A stretch of DNA of 64,000 nucleotides from an uncultured Acidobacteriota bacterium (GTDB lineage Bacteria > Acidobacteriota > JAAYUB01). The stretch is taken from positions 1,340 to 65,339 of the forward strand of contig CAYTBK010000007.1 in the NCBI GenBank assembly GCA_964436005.1, in the 5' to 3' direction. Of this stretch, positions 36,211 through 44,538 are shown piece by piece. Below the pieces are notes generated by a model. That model saw nothing but the letters and a program-made list of their open reading frames with translations. It was not told the origin of the DNA and made no database searches. Every line of letters starts with the position of its first letter. The stretch's first letter is position 1. The translations under genes and the position numbers were made by a program.

Positions 36211-37608
36211 TCACCTCCTGCCGATGCGGCGGACCGTCTCGCCGCGGCGCCGGACGACCACTTCCAGGGGCATCCGCCCCAGGGCGTGCGTGGCGCAGGC
36301 CAGGCACGGGTCGAAGCACCGTATGACGAACTCGAGTCCGTTGAGGAAGCCTTCGTCGGAATGGCGGCCGTACAGGGACTGGGCCGCCGCCGTCACGGCC
36401 CCGTCGATGGCGTCGTAGTTGTTCTGCGTGGCCACCACCAGGTTGGCGGCGGTCAGCCGGCCGGCCGCATCGGCCGTGTAGTCGTGGACCAGGATGCCGC
36501 GCGGCGCCTCGATCAGCCCGATGTACCGGCCGGCCCGCGGGGCGGGGTCGGCGGTCTTGACGGGGCCGCCGCCGAGCTGCTTCGGGATCTCGGCCATCCT
36601 CTCGGCGCAGTGAACCATCTCGATCAGGCGGGCCGCGATGAAGTCTACCACGGACACCTTCTCCCGGATTTTTGTCCGGAAGGCCTGCAGCAGGCTGTCC
36701 GCCTTCGGCGTGCCCAAACTGTCGTTGGCCTGCAGCCGGGCCAGGGGGCCGACCAGCTGGAGGCGGTCCTCCAGGCCGCGGATGCGAACCGACTTCATGT
36801 ACGATCCCGGCATGACGGATTCCACGATGTTCTCGCCGTACGCCGAGGCGGGGAAGGTCTTCAGCCGGGCCCCGCCCGTGTCGACGACCCGGACTTCGCC
36901 GTGCAGGAAGTCCACCCGGCCGTCCTGGGAAACCGCCATGTTCAGGAAGGGCAGCTCGGTGGACTGGCGGATCTCTTCCACGGACTCCAGGCGGGAACGC
37001 ACCACTTCGCCCAGGTCTTCCAGCAGGGTGAGGGCTTCCTCTCCCCAGGCACCGATGCGGGACATCCGGTCCTCGGGCGGGCGGTACGACATGCCGCCGG
37101 GCACGGCCGTCACCGGGTGGACGCCGCGCCCGCCGACGGCCTCCACGGTGAGCTGGCCGAGAGTCCTCAGCCGGAGCGCTTTTTTGGCGGCTTCCGGGTT
37201 CGCCTGCAAAAGCCCGAACACGTTGCGGTCGGCGGAGGGCGATTCGATGCCCAGGATCAGGTCCGGGCCGAGCAGGAAAAAGGTGCTCAGGGCGTGGGAG
37301 TGGAGGATGTGCCCGGCGTACAGGAGGTCGCGCAGCAGCCGGGCGTCCGGCGGAACCTCGACGCCCAGGCCGTTCTCGATGGCCTCGACGGAGACCAGGT
37401 GGTGGGCGGCCGGGCAGACGCCGCAGATACGGGCCGTGAACTGGGGCATCTTGAAGAGTTCCATCTTCTCGATGAACTTCTCGAAACCGCGGATTTCCAT
37501 CACCTGGAGGTGGGCTTTCTCCACGGCCCCCGCGTCGTTCACGTCCAGCAGGACCTTGGCGTGGCCTTCGATCCGGGTGACGGGAGTGAGCGTGATCCGT
37601 TTTCCCAT
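36211..37608 (-). CDS. mvhA: [NiFe]-hydrogenase large subunit, group 3c (MvhA)-like
   Basis: TRIEGH, L1 RICGVCPAAH, EAPRGILVHDY, L2 DPCLACATH followed by a 24-aa cleavable extension (ALGRMPLE...). Confidence 0.92.
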   Translation of the reverse strand: MGKRITLTPVTRIEGHAKVLLDVNDAGAVEKAHLQVMEIRGFEKFIEKMELFKMPQFTARICGVCPAAHHLVSVEAIENGLGVEVPPDARLLRDLLYAGHILHSHALSTFFLLGPDLILGIESPSADRNVFGLLQANPEAAKKALRLRTLGQLTVEAVGGRGVHPVTAVPGGMSYRPPEDRMSRIGAWGEEALTLLEDLGEVVRSRLESVEEIRQSTELPFLNMAVSQDGRVDFLHGEVRVVDTGGARLKTFPASAYGENIVESVMPGSYMKSVRIRGLEDRLQLVGPLARLQANDSLGTPKADSLLQAFRTKIREKVSVVDFIAARLIEMVHCAERMAEIPKQLGGGPVKTADPAPRAGRYIGLIEAPRGILVHDYTADAAGRLTAANLVVATQNNYDAIDGAVTAAAQSLYGRHSDEGFLNGLEFVIRCFDPCLACATHALGRMPLEVVVRRRGETVRRIGRR

Positions 37609-37620
37609 GGTTGTTCTCCT

Positions 37621-38553
37621 CTATCCTGCCGTTTCGGGCTGCGTCGGGGCGGTCCACTCGCGCAGCTCGACGGCGGGCTTGCGGTACATGACGGGGGAAG
37701 CCATCGCATAGGCGTAGAACGTCTTGGCGTCTTCCTCGATGTAGCGCCTGACCTCCTCGGCGGGGATTCCACAGAGCATCTCCATCCGTTTGGCCACCAG
37801 GGTCCGGATGTCCAGGTGCGGTTCGGCCACGACGTCGGCCGAGGGGCCGTTGCATCCCGTGCAGGCGACGCCGACTTCCGGGCAGGGGGCCAGGCAGCGA
37901 TTGAGGGTGACCGAACCCAGGCAGACCACGCCCTGGCTCAGGAAGCACTTCTCCGGATCGGGGGCCGTGACCGCGCCCCGGCGAAGGGGCGTTCCCGGGC
38001 TCTTCACCATCTTCCGCCGGCAGTCGGAGCAGACCGGTTTGCCGGTGGAAACGGCGTCCTTGTTCCCCAGGAACCGCCGGACGATGGTGGCGATGAAAGC
38101 GGGATGCGGCGGGCAGCCGGGCAGGAAGGCGTCCACGGGAACCAACTCGTCGATGGGGACGACGCTCTTCTCCAGCGGCACGGCGTCGGCGTCCGGGCGT
38201 TGCCCCGGCACGTTGGTCGGCCCCTGCGAATAGGCGGTATCCAGCACCTGGTCCTTTTCGTACAGCCAGCCCAGGCCCGACGGCCCGCCGTAGACGGCGC
38301 AGGAACCGAAGGCCACCAGCGTCTTGACGCTGGCCCGGAGCCGGCGGAGCATCTCCCGGTCGTGCTCGCTGCGGACGGCGCCCTCCACGATGCCCAGGTC
38401 GGCCTCGGGGAAGCCCTTTTCGTCCATCAGGACGGGAAGCCGGACGAAGACCACGTCTTCCACCAAGGCCAGAAGTTTCTCGTGCAGGTCTACCATCGCC
38501 ACATGGCAGCCGGAGCAGCCCGACAGCCATTCCGTCGAGATTCTGGCTTTCAT
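37621..38553 (-). CDS. mvhG: [NiFe]-hydrogenase small subunit, MvhG-like (cytoplasmic)
   Basis: Start MKARISTEWLSGCSGC at 38553 (ATGA overlap). VEGAV, FGSCA, PGCPP, plus extra Cys clusters CSDC, CFLSQGVVCLG and RCLAPC...CTGC. No Tat signal. Confidence 0.9.
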   Translation of the reverse strand: MKARISTEWLSGCSGCHVAMVDLHEKLLALVEDVVFVRLPVLMDEKGFPEADLGIVEGAVRSEHDREMLRRLRASVKTLVAFGSCAVYGGPSGLGWLYEKDQVLDTAYSQGPTNVPGQRPDADAVPLEKSVVPIDELVPVDAFLPGCPPHPAFIATIVRRFLGNKDAVSTGKPVCSDCRRKMVKSPGTPLRRGAVTAPDPEKCFLSQGVVCLGSVTLNRCLAPCPEVGVACTGCNGPSADVVAEPHLDIRTLVAKRMEMLCGIPAEEVRRYIEEDAKTFYAYAMASPVMYRKPAVELREWTAPTQPETAG

Positions 38554-39038
38554 GATTTCTCCTCCCAGGTCATTTCCTTCAGGCAGGCGTTGGGGCCGGC
38601 CTGGATGATCTCCAGGCCCACCTTGTGCCCGGGGAAGATCTTCTCCATGGCGCCGGCGAAGACGCCATGGGCCATCTGGCACAGGGAGAGCTTCTGCTCG
38701 TGGGCGAAGCGGAACAGGGCGTTCCGGATCATGCAGGTTCGGAAGACCACGCGCATCTTCCTCGTCCCGCCATCCACCTGCACCAGTTCGGCGCTCTCTC
38801 CCTGGAAAGGCTCGAAGTCCCACCGGATACCCCTCTCGGCCAGTGCGGCGCGCAACAGCTTCAGGGCCTCGACGGGGTCGGCGGTGGGCGCGACGTTCTT
38901 GACCGCCTCCAGGCCGAACTTCTTGCCCGCGTTGAAGCTGATGGACATGCAGCCGCGCCCCAGGTGCTTTTCCGCACCGTGGGCCAGGGCGCCCAGGAAA
39001 TAGGAGACGTCGTGCAATTCTTTCCGCAACGGTTCCAT
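38550..39038 (-). CDS. Stand-alone V4R-like domain protein
   Basis: Start MEPLRK at 39038. CMIRN...LCQMAHGVFAG...GPNACLKE matches the Cys spacing of the ferredoxin-fused domain. Confidence 0.7.
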   Translation of the reverse strand: MEPLRKELHDVSYFLGALAHGAEKHLGRGCMSISFNAGKKFGLEAVKNVAPTADPVEALKLLRAALAERGIRWDFEPFQGESAELVQVDGGTRKMRVVFRTCMIRNALFRFAHEQKLSLCQMAHGVFAGAMEKIFPGHKVGLEIIQAGPNACLKEMTWEEKS

Positions 39039-39147
39039 ACATCCCCCTGCTGACGTGTTTGGCGTCCACCGCCGCAAACGGGGTCCGCGGGCGGCCGACG
39101 GGATCTTGGATTCAGGAGACCTCGGGCGTGACGCCGGCGGCGGGACG

Positions 39148-39510
39148 CTACATGGCCCGCTCGATCTCGGCCGAGCGCTTGCGGAGCTGGTACCGGATGT
39201 TGCCCAGGTTGGCGCCGGGCGCCGCCACCACGGCCAGGATCGAATCCGTTCCCAGCAGCGAGATGACGATGATGCCGTCCTTGTACTCGAACAGCCCCTG
39301 GGTGAGCTGGCCGATCCCCAGTTCCTGGCCGACCACCTCCGACGAACCGACGCCCGTCGAGATGACCGCGCCGACGGCGTCGGCGTCGACTTTCCCCCCC
39401 CGGGATACCGCCTCGATGACGAAACCGTCCCGGCTGACCAGCACGGCCGTATTGATGCCTTCCACGATAATCAGTTCCTTGAGCAGGTCCGTCAGCGTCA
39501 TGATGCTCAT
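39148..39510 (-). CDS. Roadblock/LC7 (MglB-like) protein
   Basis: 120 aa; EGINTAVLVSRDGFVIE, LFEYKDG, LAVVAAPGANLGNIRY. Confidence 0.88.
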   Translation of the reverse strand: MSIMTLTDLLKELIIVEGINTAVLVSRDGFVIEAVSRGGKVDADAVGAVISTGVGSSEVVGQELGIGQLTQGLFEYKDGIIVISLLGTDSILAVVAAPGANLGNIRYQLRKRSAEIERAM

Positions 39511-39514
39511 GTTG

Positions 39515-40957
39515 TCAAACCTCCACCTTGTCTATGGTATTCAGGATTCTTGTCAAGAGGGCGCCGGCCTGGGGCGCCCCTTCCATCCGTTCGGCCGGGA
39601 TGGTGGTCGTTGCGCCGGTGGCCAGGACGAAAAGGGGGATATCCAGGGAAGAGACATGGGTGCGGAAGTCTTCGAGGTGGCGCTCGTCTTCCGGGCCGGC
39701 CACGGCGAAGATCGTCGCGTCGGTGGTGCCGAGCATGCGGTCCCAGAGGAAAGAGAACCGTTTGTCGCCCCGGATGGAGAAGAGATGGAAGACCCGGTCC
39801 GACCAGGCCAGCTTGAGGAAGCTCATCCCGCCCATGGTCGCTCCCCGCGGGGCTTCCAGGCCGCAGGCGCCGGCCAGGGTCTGCAGCACCACCCGGCAGT
39901 CCTCCTCGCGTACGCAGGCCACCAGCAGGCGGACGGGGCGGACCGGCAGTTGCAGGATGTCGTTCCCGACCTGGGGCTCGATGTGCCCTTTCCGCACCAG
40001 TTTGGCCACGGTGACCGCCACGCGGGACTGGGAAAGACGGGTCGTCTCCTGGATTTCGGGAAGGTTGACCTTGCCCTTCCGGATGGCCCGGATCACCGCC
40101 GTGGTGTCGGGGTCGTCCTGCCCGTCGGGAACGCTGTTCAGCTTCAGCGGCTGGATGTCGGCGGGAACGAATTCCTGGCTGTCTTGCCTCTCGTCGTAGA
40201 GTCGGATGGTGTCCATCAGCATGAAGCTGATGGGTTTGGCGATGGCTCCCTCGGGCACGGCCCCGGGGGAGAACCGGAAATGCCCCTCCCGCAGGGCGAG
40301 CATCTCCATCAGGGCGTCTTCGCCCGTGATGTCGCGGAAGACGGCGTCCATCAGCATGGGGCTGCGCACCGTCAGCTTGCCATCGGCGTCTTTCGTCCGG
40401 ATGTGGAGAATCCCTTCCCGCATGGTGTAGTCGAGGAACTGGAGGATGTCCATCAGCGACACCTCTTCCAGGTATCCGCCCAGCGCCTCTTCCCTCGGCC
40501 GCCGCGAAAGTTTGCGGGTCAGGGACTCCAGCCGGGCGACCAGTTCGTCCGGGTCGAAGGGCTTGGGCAGGTAATCGTCCGCCCCCGAGCGGAGGCCGGT
40601 CACCCGGTCCCGGGCCGTGCCCAGGGCGGAGAGGAAGAGGAAAGGCGTGTCGCGGAACCCGTTCATGGCGCGGAAGGCCTTGCAGAAATCCAGCCCGCTC
40701 ATGCCGGGCATCATGATGTCCGAAACCACGATGTCGGGTTCCGCCTGTCGCGCCGCTTCCAGGCCGGCGTACCCGTCCTTGGCGCAGACGACGCGGCAGG
40801 GCGATCCGCTCAGGCCGCTTTCCAGGATCTGCTCCACCAGGGAGAGGAGCCGGGGGTCGTCGTCCACCACCAGGATCACCCAGGGTTCCTGCTCCGGCCC
40901 GTTCGGCGTCCCGGCCTTGGGGAGTGAGTTGTCCTGCCTGGGTGCTGATTTCGCCAT
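39515..40957 (-). CDS. Response regulator: REC, DUF4388/PATAN, winged HTH, degenerate MglA-like GTPase domain
   Basis: VVDDD...SDIMMPG...LSA...KPF (intact receiver); GYLEEVSLMDILQFL...GEDALMEML...EGHFRF (DUF4388); wHTH-like LPEIQETTRLSQSRVAVTVAKLVRKGHI; LFSIRGDKRFSFLW (G3-like) without a P-loop. Confidence 0.85.
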   Translation of the reverse strand: MAKSAPRQDNSLPKAGTPNGPEQEPWVILVVDDDPRLLSLVEQILESGLSGSPCRVVCAKDGYAGLEAARQAEPDIVVSDIMMPGMSGLDFCKAFRAMNGFRDTPFLFLSALGTARDRVTGLRSGADDYLPKPFDPDELVARLESLTRKLSRRPREEALGGYLEEVSLMDILQFLDYTMREGILHIRTKDADGKLTVRSPMLMDAVFRDITGEDALMEMLALREGHFRFSPGAVPEGAIAKPISFMLMDTIRLYDERQDSQEFVPADIQPLKLNSVPDGQDDPDTTAVIRAIRKGKVNLPEIQETTRLSQSRVAVTVAKLVRKGHIEPQVGNDILQLPVRPVRLLVACVREEDCRVVLQTLAGACGLEAPRGATMGGMSFLKLAWSDRVFHLFSIRGDKRFSFLWDRMLGTTDATIFAVAGPEDERHLEDFRTHVSSLDIPLFVLATGATTTIPAERMEGAPQAGALLTRILNTIDKVEV

Positions 40958-41014
40958 GCGCTTCCTCGACCTGCCGACACCCGTTGCCGTTCCGATCATC
41001 CATGAACTGCTCAC

Positions 41015-41043
41015 ATTTTAAAGACAGAAGCATTGACTTGCAA
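41015..41043 (-). promoter_or_regulatory. Sigma70-type promoter TTGCAA-17-TAAAAT for the hydrogenase-signalling operon
   Basis: Hexamers at 41038-41043 and 41015-41020; 17-nt spacer counted. Confidence 0.65.
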
Positions 41044-41254
41044 TGAATTTGTTCACAAATGCAGGTTGTTCTTCCGCCCGAGCCGAGGAGGGCAAAGCGG
41101 TTACCCTGAAAAGCGGGGGTTTTGGGCCAGCCCGCCCCTGGCCAGTGAAGTTGCATCTGCCGGGGAAAGCGGGTACCATTCCCCTTTTCCGTCGCCTTGC
41201 CGCCGGGGCCCGGCGACTCCCGGTCCCGAATTCCCGCGAGGAGGGTTTGCCGTC

Positions 41255-44200
41255 ATGTGGATTGTGTCCTGGCCCCGATTGGCGCTATTGTGCCTGGTTC
41301 TTTCCGTGTCCTGGTCCGGCCTGGCCCGGGCCGGCGCTCCCGTGCCGGCGGCGGAGGCAGGCATTCTGCTGCCGAATTCCGGCTTCGAAGAGGACGGAGG
41401 GGCGGGGCAGCCCGCCGGCTGGGCCCTGGCGCCTTCGTCCGGCGGTGCCGCCGGCGCACTCGCCCGCAGCGACGGAGGGGCGCACGGCGGCAAGGCGTGC
41501 CTGGCCCTGCGACACGCCGTTCCCGCCTCCACCACCGTGCAGTCGGCAGAAGTGCCGCTGGAAGTGGGGCACCTGTACCGCCTGAGCGGATGGATCCGCA
41601 CGGAAAAGGCGTTCACGGACCCCGGACAGCGGTACCCCACGTCCCTGCCCGCCTGCCTCGGCATGGCCTCCTTCCCCTTCACCAACCACTCGCCGGCGGT
41701 GGGCGGCGACTCCCCCTGGCGGGAGGTCAGCGTGCTCTTCATCGCCACCCGGGGCAAGGACCGCGTGCAGCTCCACCTGGGCCGGAACGGCGCCTCGTCC
41801 GGGACCGCCTGGTTCGACGACCTCCGGCTCGAGCCGGTGGAGAACGTCGGGGAACTGGTGCCCGCGCAGACCGCCCGCTGGTTCGGCCCCGCCTATCGCT
41901 ACGACGACCGGGGCTGGATCTTCGTCCACATCCAGGGCGAGCCCTACGCGCGGGGTTACCAGTTCGGCTACCTGCTTGGCGAGGAGATCGCCGAGTACGC
42001 CCGCAAGCTGTCGGTCCGGCAGAACGCCCAGGACCCCGCCGCCGGCTGGGAGATCCTCCGGCTGATGACCGACGCCCTGATGTTCCGGCGTTACGAGCCG
42101 GAGTATCAGACGGAAATGAAGGGCATCGCCGACGGGGCGGCCAAGAGCGGCGCCCGGATCGGCACGCGGGCCGTGGACGCGCTGGACATCGCCGTGCTCA
42201 ACTCGGTGGTGGACCTCGGGCAGCTGCGGGACGCGCTCCCGAAAACCCGCACCGCCCTCACCGGAATCAATTTCCTGAAGAACGAGGACGAACTCCAGGT
42301 GCGGGAGAACAACCACAAGTGCTCGGCTTTCGCCGCCACGGGTTCGGCCACCGCCGACGGACGGCCCGTGTTCGGGCAGCTGTTCATGTGGAACGGCTAC
42401 CTGGGCGTGCACTGGGACGTTCTGCTGGACGTGCAGCCCGCCCGGGGCCACCGCTTCGTCATGCAGACCTTCCCGGGGGGCATCCATTCGGGGGCGGATT
42501 TCTACATCAGCGACGCCGGACTGGTGGTGGGGGAGACCACGGTGGGCCAGACCCCCTTCCACGACGGCGGCACCCCCCAGAGCAACCGCATCCGCAAGGC
42601 CATCCAGTACGCCTCGTCGGTGGACGATTTCGTGAAGATCATGACGGACCGGAACAACGGGCTCTACACCAACGAGTGGCCCTTCGCCGACGTGAAGACG
42701 GGCGAGGTGGGCATCCTCCTGCTGGGGACGGAGAAGTGGCGGCTGTGGCGCTCGTCGGGGAAGGACTTCCCGGCCGGCCTGACGGATTTCTACTGGTGCA
42801 ACAACAATGCAAAGGATTTGGAGGTGCGGAAGGAGTACGCCGCCTCGCCGGACAACGCGCCCTGCGACCTGGCCTTCCGCCCCTGGAACCGCGACCTGGC
42901 CCTGGTGGATTTCTACCGCCGGGAAAAAGGGAAGATCGACGCCACGGCCGCCGTCGACTTCTGGGCCACTTCCCCAGTCAACCGGCCGCACGCCTGCGAC
43001 GGCAAGGTGACCACCGGGGAGATGGCCGACCGGCTGGTGTTCCTGGCCCACGCCGGCAAGACCACCCTGCGGGAGAAGTTCGTCGGCGGGCGCTTCGTCG
43101 CCGACCTGCCCGGGGCGCAGCCCCACCTGTCGCTCGGCTACTCCACGGCCAGCCCGGTCTTTCTGACGGAGCGCCTGCAGGCCGCCCACGCCGCCGCCGG
43201 CGAGAAACCGGCCGAGGAGAAGGCGCCGGAGACGGACCTGGCGGCCGTTTCCGAAGTCTCCACCGTGGACAGGCGCCTGCTCTGGCAGAACACAATCGTG
43301 CCGGCCACGCCCGCGGAAAACTGGTTGAGCGCCGGTTCCGCCGCCTACTGGCGGTTGCTCCAGGACATGCCCAAGGAGGGCAGGGAGGCGGCCCCCTGGC
43401 TGCGCGACCAACTGGAGGGCATCCGCAACGCCTGCCTGTACACCATGGACCGGGAGGGCGACCTGCCGCCCCTCTCCGCCACCCTGCGCTTCGACCGCTA
43501 CGGCGACTACCAGATCTCCCGGGTCAAGGGCACTTTCGCCCTGCACCAGCTCCGGCTGATGCTGGGCAACGCGGCCTTCTTCCGGATGATGGAAGCCGTG
43601 CACGCCGAACTCGCCGGCCACACCGCCACCACGGAGGACTTCCTGCGGGCGGCGGAGGCGGCGGCGGGCCAGCCGGTCCGGGCGCTGGCTCTCCAGTGGC
43701 TGGAGCGGGCCGGGCTGCCGGACCCGGCGGTGGAGGCAGAGGCGGCGGAGAAGAGCCCGGGCAACTGGGAAGTGGTGGTGAAGGTGCGCCAACAGGGCCA
43801 GCCCTGGCGCCTGTTCGGCGCCGTGGACATCGAGGGCCAGGGCAAGACCTGGCGCCGGCCCTGCGAAGTCGACGGCGGGGAAACCGTGCTGACCTTCACC
43901 GTGCCGGAGCGGCCCCTCCGCGTCCGCTTCAACGCCGGGGCCGACTTCCCCGTGGTCTGCGGGGAGTTCTACACCCTGGGCAGCTTTTTCGAGGACTTCC
44001 AACACACCCGCATCGTGTACGGCACCTCCCGGGAGATCGAGGCCAACCGGACCCTGGCCGGCCGCTGGCAGGAGACCGTCGCCGACGTGTTCAGCGAGGT
44101 GTTGCCCCCCCTGGTCAAGGACTGCGAGCTCCGCGAAGCGGAGCGGGCCTCCTGCGACCTGATGGTGCTGGGGCAGGCGGAGGACAACACCCTGACCGCG

Positions 44201-44530
44201 GAACTGGCCGGGAAGATCCCCGGCCTGGAGATGGGCCGGAACTGGTTCCGCTGGCAGGGGAAGACATTCGCCCGCCCCGACGACGGGCTGCTGGTGGTGG
44301 CGGCGAACCCCTGGAACCCGAAGAAGGCGCTCTACCTGTTCCTCGCCAACAGCGCCGGGCAGCTGTACCAGATGACCAAGAAGTGGCAGGTGCTGCCCTC
44401 CTGGGCCGTCTTTCGCGGCGACCAGGTGAAGGAGAAGGGTTACCACCGGGTGGCCCGGTTCGACCGGCCGCTCCCGGCGCCGGAACGGCGGCCGGGAACG
44501 GGGAACGGGACCGGACAGGCAGCCAGGTAG
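41255..44530 (+). CDS. Secreted multidomain protein: CBM4/9-like, Ntn-hydrolase (C45 / phospholipase B-like), M1-aminopeptidase-like C-terminal part
   Basis: Signal peptide; NSGFE...AWFDDLRL; KCSAFAATGSATADGRPVFG (Ntn Cys nucleophile); KGTFALHQLRLMLGNAAF...TTEDF (M1 C-terminal part, no HExxH seen). Confidence 0.8.
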   Translation: MWIVSWPRLALLCLVLSVSWSGLARAGAPVPAAEAGILLPNSGFEEDGGAGQPAGWALAPSSGGAAGALARSDGGAHGGKACLALRHAVPASTTVQSAEVPLEVGHLYRLSGWIRTEKAFTDPGQRYPTSLPACLGMASFPFTNHSPAVGGDSPWREVSVLFIATRGKDRVQLHLGRNGASSGTAWFDDLRLEPVENVGELVPAQTARWFGPAYRYDDRGWIFVHIQGEPYARGYQFGYLLGEEIAEYARKLSVRQNAQDPAAGWEILRLMTDALMFRRYEPEYQTEMKGIADGAAKSGARIGTRAVDALDIAVLNSVVDLGQLRDALPKTRTALTGINFLKNEDELQVRENNHKCSAFAATGSATADGRPVFGQLFMWNGYLGVHWDVLLDVQPARGHRFVMQTFPGGIHSGADFYISDAGLVVGETTVGQTPFHDGGTPQSNRIRKAIQYASSVDDFVKIMTDRNNGLYTNEWPFADVKTGEVGILLLGTEKWRLWRSSGKDFPAGLTDFYWCNNNAKDLEVRKEYAASPDNAPCDLAFRPWNRDLALVDFYRREKGKIDATAAVDFWATSPVNRPHACDGKVTTGEMADRLVFLAHAGKTTLREKFVGGRFVADLPGAQPHLSLGYSTASPVFLTERLQAAHAAAGEKPAEEKAPETDLAAVSEVSTVDRRLLWQNTIVPATPAENWLSAGSAAYWRLLQDMPKEGREAAPWLRDQLEGIRNACLYTMDREGDLPPLSATLRFDRYGDYQISRVKGTFALHQLRLMLGNAAFFRMMEAVHAELAGHTATTEDFLRAAEAAAGQPVRALALQWLERAGLPDPAVEAEAAEKSPGNWEVVVKVRQQGQPWRLFGAVDIEGQGKTWRRPCEVDGGETVLTFTVPERPLRVRFNAGADFPVVCGEFYTLGSFFEDFQHTRIVYGTSREIEANRTLAGRWQETVADVFSEVLPPLVKDCELREAERASCDLMVLGQAEDNTLTAELAGKIPGLEMGRNWFRWQGKTFARPDDGLLVVAANPWNPKKALYLFLANSAGQLYQMTKKWQVLPSWAVFRGDQVKEKGYHRVARFDRPLPAPERRPGTGNGTGQAAR

Positions 44531-44538
44531 GAGACGAG

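Noticed and set aside
36211-38553. Possible [NiFeSe] or NAD-reducing (Hox/Hyh) hydrogenase
   Set aside because: The L2 cysteines are TGC codons with no in-frame TGA, and no diaphorase or sulfhydrogenase beta/gamma genes are adjacent.
37621-39069. 482-aa ORF as an extended hydrogenase small subunit
   Set aside because: The upstream 172 codons overlap the V4R-like gene in another frame; the real start is 38553 with an ATGA overlap.
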